NCBI RefSeq assembly: GCF_009914755.1
Contig: NC_060934.1
Reading direction: 5' to 3' (one strand)
Length of the DNA: 64,000 bases
Origin: the human T2T-CHM13v2.0 reference genome, Homo sapiens
In this document: in pieces, positions 46,064 to 63,797 of the stretch
Position numbering within the stretch: position 1 is the stretch's first letter
Layout: the number at the start of each line of letters is the position of its first letter
Position numbers and translations under genes: made by a program
The notes under the pieces: generated by a model
The model's input: only the letters and a program-made list of their open reading frames with translations
What the model was told of the DNA's origin: nothing
The model's database searches: none

Positions 46064-46258
46064 CCTGCAGCCAGGTAGGTACTGGCTTCTCTCCTCAAAC
46101 CCCAGCCAGTGTCCCAGAATTCCAGGGACAAACCCCCTACCCAGATGTCAGGCAGGACTGGGAAAGGGATTATCTGGAACATTCAATCTGTCTGTTCCCC
46201 AGAGGTGGACTTTAAACATAGCTATGGAGGTTGGGATGAGATCAGGGCAATTAGAAAG

Positions 46259-46271
46259 AGGGCAAAGGTTA
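46259..46271 (+). promoter_or_regulatory. DR1/HNF4-type element AGGGCAaAGGTTA in PLA2G12B proximal promoter
   Basis: Direct-repeat-1 match with CAAAG core ~200 bp upstream of the ATG; second HNF4-like AAAGTCCA on - strand at 46206-46213. Confidence 0.6.
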
Positions 46272-47015
46272 GGGAGTGGGAGGGCCAGGGAGAGAGAACA
46301 TTTCAAAGTGGATTCTACCACCCTGGAGGGAGGGAGATGTTAGCCAGCTTCTGAGACGCAGGAACGGTGAAGGATTCGGAGTTCTACCCCGACCAGCTTG
46401 TTAAGCTGTTGATCAGTTACAAGTGTGGCTCTTCAGGGCCAGCCTCTTGATAGAAGAGCTTGACCGAAGGTCCTAGCCACACCCCTCAGCCAGCTACCTA
46501 CATAGTCTCCAAGGAGAGTCAGGAGGATGTGTACAGGGCCCAGGAAAGCCCCAGCGGTAGGAATTAATAGTCACTTTACCAAGGGTCACGATAGTGTCAG
46601 AGTAGGTACCAAGTGTGTGTTAAGCAGAAGTTCAGATTTGAGACCCCAGCTTCTGCTGTGGAACCCACCTGGCTCTGACGCATAAATCCTCTAATTTGGC
46701 AGAGCTCCCAGATGTAGCCATCTGAGTGCAGGGACATTTTGGCTTCTATTTACAGCAGTATCTCTGTTTACACTCAGCATAAGTGGATCATAAGACAAGA
46801 TCTACAGATGGTCCAAGGACAATTCTGGGGGCACTCGGCTCTCCTGGTGGTGTTTTTCCTTTGAGTTTCTTAGAAGTCAGAGGGTTTATCAAATAGTCTA
46901 TTTGGGAGTGTAGGCTTTTAAGACTGTTGACTGAAGTCTAGTGTTTTGGCATCGTTTTCAGTTTAGACTGCTTTTAGTCGTGTGAAGAAATGCCATCTAT
47001 AAAATCACTAGTCTA

Positions 47016-47320
<305 letters not shown>

Positions 47321-47745
47321 TAATCACCAGTCTATAAAAATGATACCTTTATGGACCACATGAATCATTTAGCTCCTTTCTCAAATGTTTGTCTGGAAAG
47401 CCCCATGGAAAATAATGAATTAAATGAATTAATTTCTTCATTTTCAGTAAATGTGTTTGGCTGAAGACTCAGACTCCAGGAAGGGCAGTGGTTAAAAATT
47501 ATTCATAGTCACAACAATGCCACCCAATATTTTAAAGCATCTATACTTTTTCAAACCACTTTCATGCATATGCACATACACAGAGGCACACACATACACA
47601 TGCACATATGCACAAATGTTCATGCCAGTTTCATGAAGCAGATTAAATAGTCCCATTTGGGGGTGAGAAAACTGATGCAGAGGGTAAGTGACTTGATCAA
47701 AGCTGGACAGGCTATCAATGGGAAAGCTGGCACCAGGGCCAGCTA

Positions 47746-48230
<485 letters not shown>

Positions 48231-48529
48231 TTAAAAATTGGTGTCATAATTTTATATAATACTATATATTACTTTATAAGTATGCAATATTTTGATCATA
48301 GGATTTTTCTGACTTTTCTGAAAATTCATTGATTAGGTCATCAAAGTTTATACTTCTAACAACCTAATTTTCAATCAGTGTAACTGAAAGTGATGTCAGT
48401 TGCTCTTGGCAATTGTAAGATGGCAAGAAATATTTGATACTTTTTTGTTTTGAGAAGGATCTTTTTGCTGATGCAACTGTTACTAGAGCTGTTAATAGTA
48501 TTGTCCCCCCATTTCTTGAAACTTTATAC

Positions 48530-49905
<1,376 letters not shown>

Positions 49906-49918
49906 AATGACATAACAC

Positions 49919-50645
<727 letters not shown>

Positions 50646-52490
50646 TAATCTTGTCCAGCAGGTCTTCTAATACTTGAATCCCCTCTATGCTGATCAGCTT
50701 TCTTTGTAGCTTCAGAGTTAGCTATTACTTTTTTAATATGTAAAGAGGGAATGAATACGTTTTAGTTAGAAAATTTAAATATGCTTTTTTTTTTTTTTTT
50801 TTTTTTTTTTGAGGCAGGGTCTCACTCAGTCACCTGGAGACAGTGGTTTGATCATGGCTCACTGCAACCTTCACTTCCTGGGCTCAAGCAATGCTTCCTC
50901 TTAATAAAAAGAAAATGTAGCCTATTGTGACCCCCAGTGTTTTTCTCAAAATCGTAAAGAATGAAGCAAATGGATTTCTAGAGAAAGAATATGACACACT
51001 CCCTTCCTGAGTTGTTTCTACCTAGACTCTAAGGTTTGACTTCTGCAGTTGCTGACATGGCATTGTTATGATGAGAGATGCTGTCAGTTCTGAATGAGAA
51101 ACAGAAGAATATTGTTGGAACACATAGAGAAAAATTGAGCATTACTTATTTACAAGATGCTTTTCTCTATGTGACAACCAGCATTCACTACCTAAATTAA
51201 TAGCATATTTTAGAAATCGGCCTCTTTATACCATGGGTTTTCCAACTCAACAACTTGGTTAGAAATTTAGTGAAGAGAACAGGGTATTTCTGAATATCAG
51301 TCTCATGAATTCTAGCTACACTTTACATCTGTTTTTATCAAACTCTTGGGTTCCAAATGTCTTTATTCTTTCACAAAGTTTTCCTCCCTATTTCCATATA
51401 GAAGTTTTTGGAATACCCTTACTTTATGTATGAGAAAGGATGAAAAGTAATGAGACCAATTTCATCAATAATGTACATGTTAATGAACATTGACCTTCAA
51501 AGTTAGTTAAAACTTGTCTTGGGGGCCCAGTGTTGTCACTGCTAAAAATAGCTCAAAGATGTTTCAGAACTACTTTATGAGCCACATAGCCTGTTCCACT
51601 GCACTGAGGCTAGATTGGTTGTTCTCAACCTTCTTTCACATTAGGATCACATAGGGAGCTTTAAAAATATGATGTCCAGGCCTGCCCCTAGAAATTCTGA
51701 TTAATTTATATGGGATTTGATTCATTTTGAGTTAATTTTTGTATGTGGTGTAAGGTAAGGTATCAAATTCATTCTTTTTCACATAGGTATCCAGTTTTCT
51801 TAGTACCATTTGTTGAAAAGACTGTCCTTTCCACCATCAAAAAGTCTTGGCATCCATGTCAAAATCATTTAACCATATATGTAGGGGCTCTTTATTCCAT
51901 TCCATTGGTCTGTATGTCTGTGTATAAGCCAATACCATACTATTTTGATTAGCTCTGTATCAAATTTTAGCGTTTTATTTTTATTTCTTGTAGGTACGTA
52001 GTACGTACCTACAAGTATATAATTATGGAATACGTGAGATACTTTGATACAGGCATGCAATGCATAGTAATCACATCACGGAAAATGGAGTATCCATCCC
52101 CTCAGGCATTTATCCTTGGTGTTACAAGCAATCCAATCATACTGTTTTAGTTAATTTTAAAGTGTACAATTAAATTATGATTGACTAAAGTCACCCTATT
52201 GTGCTCTCAAATACTTTGTCTTATTCTTTCTAGCTATTTTTTTGTATCCATTAACCATCCCCACTTCCCCCTATGCCCACTACCCTTCCCAGATTCTGGT
52301 AACTATCCTTCTACTCTCTATCTCCATGAATTCAATTGTTTTTATTTTTAGATCCCACAAATAAGTGAGAACATGTAAAGTTTGTCTTTCTATGCCTGGC
52401 TTATTTCACTTAACATAATGATCTCCAGTTGTATCCATGTTGTTGCAAATGACAGGATTTCATTCTTTTTTATGGCTGAATAGTGCTCTG

Positions 52491-52491
<1 letters not shown>

Positions 52492-52533
<42 letters not shown>
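52492..52533. repeat. (TA)n microsatellite in L1MA 3'UTR
   Basis: Directly visible, ~21 units. Confidence 0.95.
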
Positions 52534-52534
<1 letters not shown>

Positions 52535-55500
52535 TGTATTTTCTTATCCATTTATCTACTGATGGACAGTTAGTTGCTTCCAAATCTTGGCTATTATGAA
52601 CAGTGCTGCAAAAAACAGAGTACAGATACCTCTTCAATATACTGATTTCCTTTCTTTTGGGTATATACCCAGCAGTGGGATGGATGGATCACGTGGTAGT
52701 TCTATTTTTAGTTTTTTGGTTTTTTTTTTGAGAAACCTCCAAACTATTTTCCATAATAGTTGTACTAATCTACATTCCCACCAACAGTGTAAGAGGATTC
52801 CCTTTTCTCTGTATCCTTGCCAGCATTTCTATTGCCTGTCTTTGGATAAAAGCCATTTTAGCTGGGGTGAGATATTTCTTTGCAGTTTTTATTTGCATTC
52901 TCTGATGATCAGTGATGTGAGAACCTTTTCATATACCTCTTTGCCATTCATATATCTTCTTTTGAGAAATTGCTACTCAGAATTTTTGTCTATTTTTAAA
53001 ATTGAATAATTCACTTTTTTTTCCCCCTGTGGAGTTGTTTGAGCTCCTTATATATTCTGGTTATTAATCTCTTGTCAGATGAGTAGTTTGCAAATATTTT
53101 CTCCAATTCTGTAGGTTGATTCTTCACTTTGTTGTTTTCTTTGCTGTGCAGAATTTTGTTGTTGTTGTTGTTGTTTACCTTGATGTGATCTAATTTGTTC
53201 ATTTTTGCTTTGGTTGCCTGTGCTTGCAGGGTATCACTCCAGACCAATGTCCTGGAGAGTTTCCCTGATGTTTTCTTGTAGTAGTTTCATAGTTTGAGGT
53301 CTTAGATTTAAGTCTTTAATCCATTTTAGTTTGAGTTTTGCATGTGGTGAGAGACAGGGGTCAAGTTTCATTCTTCTGCATATGGGTATCCAGTTCACCC
53401 AGCACCATTTATTGAAGAGACTTTGTTTTCCCCAATGTATGTTTTTGGCATCTTTGTCAAAAATGATTTCGCTATAGGTATGTGGATTTGTTTCTGGATT
53501 CTCTATTCTGTTCCATTGGTTTATGTGTCTGTTTTTATGCCAGTACCAAGCTGTTTTGGTTAGTATAGCTCTGTAGTATAATTTGAAGTCAGGTAAAGTG
53601 ATTTCTCCAGTTTTGTTCTTTTTGTTCATGATAGCTTTGGCTATTCTGGGTCTTTTGTGGTGCCGTATAAATTTTAGGATTGTTTTTTCTACTCCTGTGA
53701 AGAATGTCATTGGTATTTTGATAGGGATTGCATTGAATCTGTAGATTGCTTTGGATAGTAATGGACATTTTAACAATATTAATTCTTCCAATCATTGAAC
53801 ATGGAATATTTTTCTATTTTTTTGTGTCCTTTTCAATTTCTTTCATCAGTGTCTAATAGTTTTCATTATAGAGATCTCTTACTTCTTTGGTTAATTCCTA
53901 GGTATTTAATTTTATCTGGGGCTATTGTAAATGGGATTACTTTTTAAATTTCTTTTTCAGATTGTTCACTGTAGTAGAAATACTACTGATTTTTGTATAT
54001 CGAATTTGTATCCTGCAACTTTACTAAATTTTTCCATTCTAATAGTGTTTTGGTGGAGTCTTTAGGTCTTCCCAAATGTAAGATCATATCATCTGCAAAA
54101 AAGGATAATATGACTTCTTCCTTTCTAATTTGGAGGCCCATTATTTCTTTCTCTTGTCTTATTGCTCTGGCTAGGACTTCCAGTACTATATTGAATAATG
54201 GTGGTAAAAGTGGGCATCCTTGTCATGCTCCATATCTTAAAGGAAAGACTTTCAGTTTTTCCCCATTCCATATGATACTAGCTGTGGGTCTGTCATATAT
54301 GGCTATTATTGTGTTGAGGTATGTTCCTTCTATCCCCAGTTTGTTTTTTTTTTAGGATTTTTATCACTAAGATATGTTGAATTTTATCAAGTGCTTTTCC
54401 AGCATTAATTGAAATGATCATATGATTTTTGTCCTTCATTCTGTTGATATGCTGTATTACATTGATTGATTTACATATATTGGCCCACTTGGTCATGATG
54501 AATGATCTTTTAAATGTATTGTTGAATTTGGTTTGCTAGTATTTTGTTGAGGATGTTTGCATCAATATTCATCAGAGATATTGGCCTGTAGTTTTTTTTA
54601 AATGTTTTTGTCTGGTTTTGAATGTTTTGTCTTTAAAGCCAGGGTAACACTGGCCTTAAAGAATAAGTTTGGAAGTATTCCTTCTTCCTCTATTTTTCAG
54701 AATAGTTTACGTAGAATTGGTATTAATTCTTCTTTAAATGTTTGGTAGAATTCAGCAGTAAAGCCATCAGGTCTCAGGCTTTTCTTTACTGGGAGACTTT
54801 ATTGTGGCTTTGATCTTGTTACTTGTTACTGATCTGTTCAGGTTTTGGATTTCTTCATGGTTCAATCTTGGTAGGTTATATGTGTCTAGGAATTTATCCA
54901 TTTCTTCTAGATTTTTCAATTTGTTGGCATACAGTTGCTCATAGGAGCCATTAATGACCCTTCGAATTTCTGCAGAATCAGTTGTAATGTCTTTTTCAGC
55001 TCTGATTATTTATTTGGATTTTCTTTTTTTTTCTTAGTCTATCTAAAGGTTTGTAAGTTTTATTTATCTTTTCAAAAAATGAACTTTTTGTTTCGTTGAT
55101 CTTTCGTATTCTTTTCAAATTTATTTCTGTTCTGATGTTTATTTCCTTTTTCTTTACTTTTGGTTTGGTGTGCTGTGCTCTTGCTTTTTAGTACTTTAAG
55201 ATGCATCATTAGGTTATTTGTTTGAAATTTTTCTTTTTTGATGTTGACACTTATAGCTATAAAATTCCTTCTCAGTACTGCTTTTGCTATATCCTGTAGG
55301 TTTTGGTATGTCATGTTTCCATTATTTGTTTCAAGAAAATTTTCAATTTCCTTCTTAATCTCTTCATGGACCCACTGATCATTCAGTAGATATTGTTTAA
55401 TTTCCATGTGTTTGTATAGTTTCCAAAAATTCTTGTTATTAATTTCTAGTTTTATTTTGTGGTCAGAAAGATGCTTATATTTCAGTTTTTTTTGATGTTT

Positions 55501-55907
55501 AAAAACTTGTTTTGTGACCTAACATATGGAATATCCTCGAGAATGATGCATGTGTTGATGAAAAGAATGTGCATTCTGCAACTGTTGGATGAAATTTTCT
55601 GTAAATATCTATTAGGTCCATTTGTTTTGTAGTGCAGGTTAACTCCAATGTTTCTTTGTTAACTTTCGGTCTGGAAAATCTGTGTAGTGCTGAAAGTGGG
55701 GTGTTGAAGTCTCCAGCTATTATTGTATTGTGGTGTCTCTCTCTCTCTCTCTCTTTAGCTCTAATAATATTTGCTTTATATATCTGGGTGCTCCACTGTT
55801 GGGGGCATACATATTTAAAATTGTTACATCCTCTTGCTGAACTGACCTTTTTATTATTATATAATGACTTTCTTCGTCTCTCCTTACAGTTTTTGTCTTG
55901 AAATCTA

Positions 55908-56299
<392 letters not shown>

Positions 56300-56543
56300 C
56301 TATGTGTATCTTTACAGGTGAGGTGTGTTTCTTGTAGGCAACAGATCAGTGGGTCTTGCTTTTTTATCCGTTCAGCCATTTTTGACTGGAGAGTTTAGTC
56401 CATTTACATTCAATGTTATTAATAAGTAAGGACTTACTCCTGTCATTTTGTTATTTGTTTTCTGGTTTTGTGGTCTTCTCTTTCTTCTTTCCTTCCTTCC
56501 TATCTTCCTTTTAGTAAAGGTGATTTTCTCTGGTATGATTTAA

Positions 56544-56912
<369 letters not shown>

Positions 56913-57229
56913 TGAGGCTTGCAAATATTATCTTATAATCCTCTGTTTAAACTGATGACAACTTAACAATGATTGCATAAACAAACATGCAAAAAGAAAA
57001 CTAATAAAAACTGTACACTTTAACTTCATTACTCCACTTTTAACTTTTTGTTGTTTTTCTTTATGTCTTATTGTACTGTCTTAAAGTAGTTGTAGATATT
57101 ATTTTTGATTGGTTCATTTAGTCTTTCTACTTAAGACTAGTTTATACACCACGATTACAGTGTTACAATGTTCTGTGTTTTCTGTGTGCTATTACTAGTG
57201 AGTTTTATACCTTCAGATGATTTATATAG

Positions 57230-57516
57230 ATACGCAGGATCTCACTCTGTCACCCAGACTAGAATGCAGTGGCACAATCATGTCTTACTGTAGCCTCGAC
57301 CTCCCAGGCTTAAGCAATTTTCCAACCTCAGCCTTCCAAGTAGCTGGGACTACAGGTGCATGTTACCACTCTGACTTGCTTTATTTATTTATTATTTAGT
57401 AGAAATAAGGTTTCACCACGTCACCCTGGCTGGTCTTGAACTCCTGGGCTTAAGTGATTTGCCCTCCTGTGCCTCTCAAAGTGCTAGGATTACAGGCATG
57501 AGCCACCATGCCCAGC
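57230..57516 (-). mobile_element. Alu (J)
   Basis: Diverged consensus; TSD agatgattt. Confidence 0.85.
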
Positions 57517-59741
57517 TAAGATGATTTCTTATTGCTCATCACTCTCCTTTTCTTTCAGATTAAAAAACTCCCTTTAGCATTTCTTGTAGGATAGGTCTAG
57601 TGTTGATGAAAGCCTTCAGCTTTTGTTTGTCTGGGAAGGTCTTTATTTCTCCTTCTTGCTTGAAGGATATTTTCACCAGATATATTATTCTAGGGTGAAA
57701 GTGTTTTCCTTCAGTACTTTAAATGTGTCACGCCACCCTCTCCTGGCCTGTAAGGTTTCTACTGAAAAGTCTTCTGTCAGACATGTTGGCACTCCATAGG
57801 GCAACAGAGCAAGATTTGTCTCAAAAAACAACAACAACAACACAAACAAGACTCTGATGCATTCTTTAGTATTTAAATTGCATTTTTCAACTCTAGAATT
57901 TCTGCTTGACTCATTTTAATAATTTCTCTGTCTGAAAGGCCACATATCTCTGTTTCTCCAGAATTGGTCCCTGGTGACTTATTTAGTTTGTTTGGTGAGG
58001 TCATGTTTTCCTGGATGGTCTTGATGCTTGTAGATGTTCATGGGTGTCTAGGCATTGAAGAGATAGGCATTTATTGTAGTCTTTGCAGTCTGAGCTTGTT
58101 TGTGCCCATTCTGCTTAGGAAAGCTTTCCCAGGATTGGAAGGGACTTGGGCTCTAAACTCAGTAGCACTGTGGTTCTTGCACACTTACAGAAGTACTGCC
58201 TTGGTGGGCTTGGATAAAATCCAGAAGAATTCTCTGGATTACCAGGCAGAGACACTTGTTTTTTTTCCCTTACTTTCTCTTACTTTGTTCTCCCAAACAA
58301 AGCCTTTTTCACTGTGCTGGGCTGCCTGGAACTGGGGCTGGGGGGACACGAGCACCCCTGTGGTCACCACTATTGGGACTGTGCTGGTTTAGACCTGAAG
58401 CCAGCACAGCACTGGGTCTTGCCCAAAGCCTGGTGTAACCACTACCTTGCTACCACCTATGTTCACTCAAGGACCTAGGGCTCTTCAATCAGCAGGTGGC
58501 AAAGCCAGCCAGGTTTGTGTCCCTCCCTGTTCTGAGCAGCAAGCTCCCCAGGCCCCAGATGGGTCCAGAGATGCTGTCTGGGAGTGAGGGATTGGAGTCA
58601 AAAACCTTAGAAATCTACCTGATGTTTTGTTCTGTTGCAGCTAAGCTGGTACTCCAGCCACAAGACAAAGTCCCACCTGATCTTCCCTCCCCTTTCTGCA
58701 AGCAGAGGAGCCTCTCTCTGGGCATCACCACCAGTGGCCCAAGGGGTGTTCTGCCAGGCCACTGCCAATGTTCACTGAAAGCCCAAGAGCTCTTCAGTCA
58801 GCTTGTGGTGAATGCTTCCAGGCCTGGAACTCACCCTTCAGGGCAGTGGGCTCCCCTTTGGCCCAGGTCCAGAAATGGTTTCCAAGAGCCTAGGTTTGGA
58901 CTCAAGGACCCCAAGAGCCTGCTTCGTGCTCTACCCCACTGTAGCCGAGCTGGTACTTAAGGTACAAGACAAAGTTTTATTTACTTTTCCCTCTGCTTTC
59001 CTCAAACAGAAGGAGTCTTTCACTGTAACACCATACCTGGGAATGTGCTGGGTCACACGTGAATCCAGCCCTTCTCAGAGCCCAAGGCCCACGGCATATT
59101 CCCTGGGTATCACTGTTGGTTATTCAGGGCCCAAAGGCTCTTCAGTCAGCAGGTGATGAATCCTGCCAGGATTGGATCCTCCCCTTCAAGGCAGCAGGTT
59201 CCCTTTTGGCCCAGGGTGTGTCTAGAAATGTCTGGAAGCTAGGGCTTGGAACAGGGGCCTCATGACTGACTGGTACCCTATCCTGCTGTGGCTGAGCTGG
59301 TATCCAAGATGCAATACAAAGCCCTCTTAACTCTTCACTCTCCTCTCCTCAAGCAGAAGGAAGGAGACACTTTCATTGCTGTGAGGTGGGCTGCCTGAGG
59401 TGTGGGGAGGGGTAGCACAAGCACACCTTTAGCTGCCCCATCTGTTATCTTCCTAAGTCACATGCCACCCTAGTGTACTGGCTCTGAGTCCTGCCCAGCA
59501 CCAAGAGTTGCCTAGGAATTGCAATCCTTGTGTCCTAGACTGCCTTTCAAGTTTACCTAGAACCCCAGAGCACTTTGGCCATGGTGGTGAGAACTCAGTT
59601 CTTACTGCTGGCATGGGCACTTCCCCTCTGGCTAGGGCTGGTCCTAAATCTGTCTCTGTGCATGGGCACTGGCTGAGCCCAGCACAGCTTGCTCATTGCT
59701 GTGTCAGGAAAGCACCACGTCCAATGTAAAGTCCCCCAGTT

Positions 59742-60043
59742 GGCCCGGCACAGTGGCTCATGCCTGTAATCCTAGAAATTTGGGAGGCCGACGTGGGTAG
59801 ATCACTTGAGTCCAGGAGTTTGAGACCAGCCTGGGCAACATGGCAAAACCCCATCTCTACAAAAAAAATAATAAAATTTAACCAGGCATGGTGGCATGTG
59901 CCTGTAGTCCCAGCTACTTGGGACTGAGGTAGGAGAACTGCTTGAGCAGAGGTCGAGGTTGCAGTGAGCCAAGATTGCACCACTGCACTCCAGCCTGAGT
60001 GACAGAGCGAGAGCCTGTTTCAGGAAAAAAAAAGAGAGAGAGA
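59742..60043 (+). mobile_element. Alu within L1MA 5'UTR
   Basis: Consensus; TSD tcccccagtt. Confidence 0.88.
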
Positions 60044-60254
60044 GTTCCCCCAGTTACTGTACTTTCCCTCTCCCAAGGTCATAGATTTCTCCATGCTGAA
60101 TGGTGGTTGTGGGGGTGCGGGGTGGCATTGGCAATTCAAGACTGTTTCTCCTACCCTCTCCAGTGCCTCCTTCAGTAGTATAAAGTTAAAACCAGGTACT
60201 GCAATTGCTCACCTGATTTTGGTTCTTGTGATGACGCTTTTTGTGTTAAGTTAG

Positions 60255-60655
<401 letters not shown>

Positions 60656-60826
60656 ACCATATCAAGTTTTGTAAATCAGGAAATATGAGTTCTCCAACTT
60701 TGTTCTTTTTCATAACTGTTTAGGCTGTTTGGGGATCCTTACGATTCCACATGAATTTTAGGATGGGCTTTTCTATTTCTGCAAAAAATCATTGGGATTT
60801 TAATAGGAATTGCATCAAATCTATAG

Positions 60827-61378
<552 letters not shown>

Positions 61379-61869
61379 TTATTAATGTATAAAATGCAAC
61401 TTATTTTTTGTGTTGATTTTGTATCCTACAATTTTGCTGAATTCATTCTTTGGTTCTAACAATGTGTATGTGTGTGTGTGTGTGTGTCTGTGCACACGTG
61501 CACATGTATCTTAAGAGTTTTCTACATATAAGATTATGTCATCTGTGAACAGAGATTCTTTCACTTCTTTTTTTCCAATTTGGATGCCTTTTGTTGCTTT
61601 ATTTTATCCTAATTGCTGTGGCTAGAACTTCTAATACTCTGGTGAACAGAAGTGATATAAGGTGGTATTATTGTCTTATTCCTGATCTTAGGGAAAAAGC
61701 TTTCAGTCTTTCACCCTTGAGTATGATGTTAGCTGTGGGTTCTTCACACATGGCCTCTATCACATTAAGAACGTTTCTGTCTATTCCTAGTGTGTTGAGT
61801 GTTTTTATCATGAAAGGGTATTGAAATTTGCCCGATGCATTTTCTATATAAAGTGAATTGATTGTGTGA

Positions 61870-62213
<344 letters not shown>

Positions 62214-62336
62214 TAATTGATTTTTTAATACATTGAACCATCCTTGTATTTCAGGAATAAATCTCAGTTGATCAAGATGTATAATCCTTTAAACTTTATT
62301 ATTGATTTTGATTTGCTAGTATTTTTTAAGAGTCTT

Positions 62337-62632
62337 GGCTGGGCACAGTGGCTCATGCCTGTAACCCCAGCACTTTAGGAAGCCAAAACAAGAGCATCAC
62401 CTGAGACCAGCAGTTTGAGACCAGCCTGGACAATAGGCAACATAGCAAGACTCCACCTCTATAAAAAAAATTTAAAAATATCTGGATGCAGTGGATGCAT
62501 CTATATTCCCAGTTACTCAGGAGGCTGAGGCAGGAGGATCATTTGAGTCCAGGAGGTCAAGGCTGCAGTGAGCCACGACCATGCCACTGCACTGTGGCCT
62601 GGGTGACAGTAAGACCTTGTTTCAAAAAAAAA
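62337..62632 (+). mobile_element. Alu (J)
   Basis: Diverged consensus. Confidence 0.85.
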
Positions 62633-62687
62633 TTTTTTTTAACCCAAAAACTAAAAATACAAAATCAAAACAAAAATAATAAAAAAA

Positions 62688-62838
62688 CAGAATCTCACTA
62701 TGTTGCCCAGGCTGGAGTGCAGTGGCTATTCACAGGCATGATTGTGTATACTACAGCTTCTAAATTCTAAGCTTTAGTAATCCTCCTGCTTCTCTCTCCT
62801 GAGTAGTAGGAATAAAGATGTGTGCCACTGAGCCTGGC
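62688..62838 (-). mobile_element. FAM (fossil Alu monomer)/7SL-derived element
   Basis: gtgcagtggctattcacaggc is 7SL/FAM-type and absent from dimeric Alus. Confidence 0.7.
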
Positions 62839-62851
62839 AATTTGCTAGTAC

Positions 62852-63162
62852 TTTTTGTTTGTTTATAGACACAGGGTCTCACTCTTTTGCCCAACCTGGA
62901 GTATGTTGGCATGATCATAACTCACTGCAGCCTCAAACTGCTGGGCTTAAGTGATCTTCCTGCCTCAGCCTCCCAAGTACCTAGAACTACAGGCTCACAC
63001 CACCATGCCTGGCTAATTTTATTTTATTTTATTTTATTTTTTTAAGAGAAGAGGTCTCACACTATGTTGCCCAGGCTGGTCTCAAACTCCTGACTTCAAG
63101 CAATCCTCCTGCCTTGGTCTCTGAATGTCCTGGGATTACAGGTGTGAGCCACTATACCCAGC
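62852..63162 (-). mobile_element. Alu (J)
   Basis: Diverged consensus; TSD ttgctagta. Confidence 0.85.
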
Positions 63163-63255
63163 CTTGCTAGTATTTTGATGAGGATATTTGCATCTTTATT
63201 TGTGAGGGATGTTGGTCTGTAGTTTTCTTGTAGTATGTGTCTGGCTTTAGGATTA

Positions 63256-63573
<318 letters not shown>

Positions 63574-63759
63574 TTAGCTTTTTGAAAAATTTGAGAAGGT
63601 TTGGTATTAATTCTTTAAATGTTTTGTAGAATTCACCAGTGAAGCCATGTGGTCCAAGACTTTTCTTTATTGGGAAATTTTTGATTACTGACTCAATCCC
63701 ATACTCATAAGTCTGTTTCTATTTCTTCATTATTCAATCTTGGCAGATCATGCATTTTT

Positions 63760-63797
63760 AGCACCACGCTCTAACCAACTGAGCTAACCGGCCGACT
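63760..63797 (-). pseudogene. tRNA-Ile(AAT) 5'-half retropseudogene (tailless)
   Basis: Minus strand reads agtc-GGCCGGTTAGCTCAGTTGGTTAGAGCGTGGTGCT, the 5' half of tRNA-Ile(AAT) up to the anticodon; perfect TSD 63745-63759/63798-63812. Confidence 0.9.

Noticed and set aside
63760-63793. Functional tRNA gene
   Set aside because: Only the A-box half is present; no B-box, T-arm or 3' acceptor strand.
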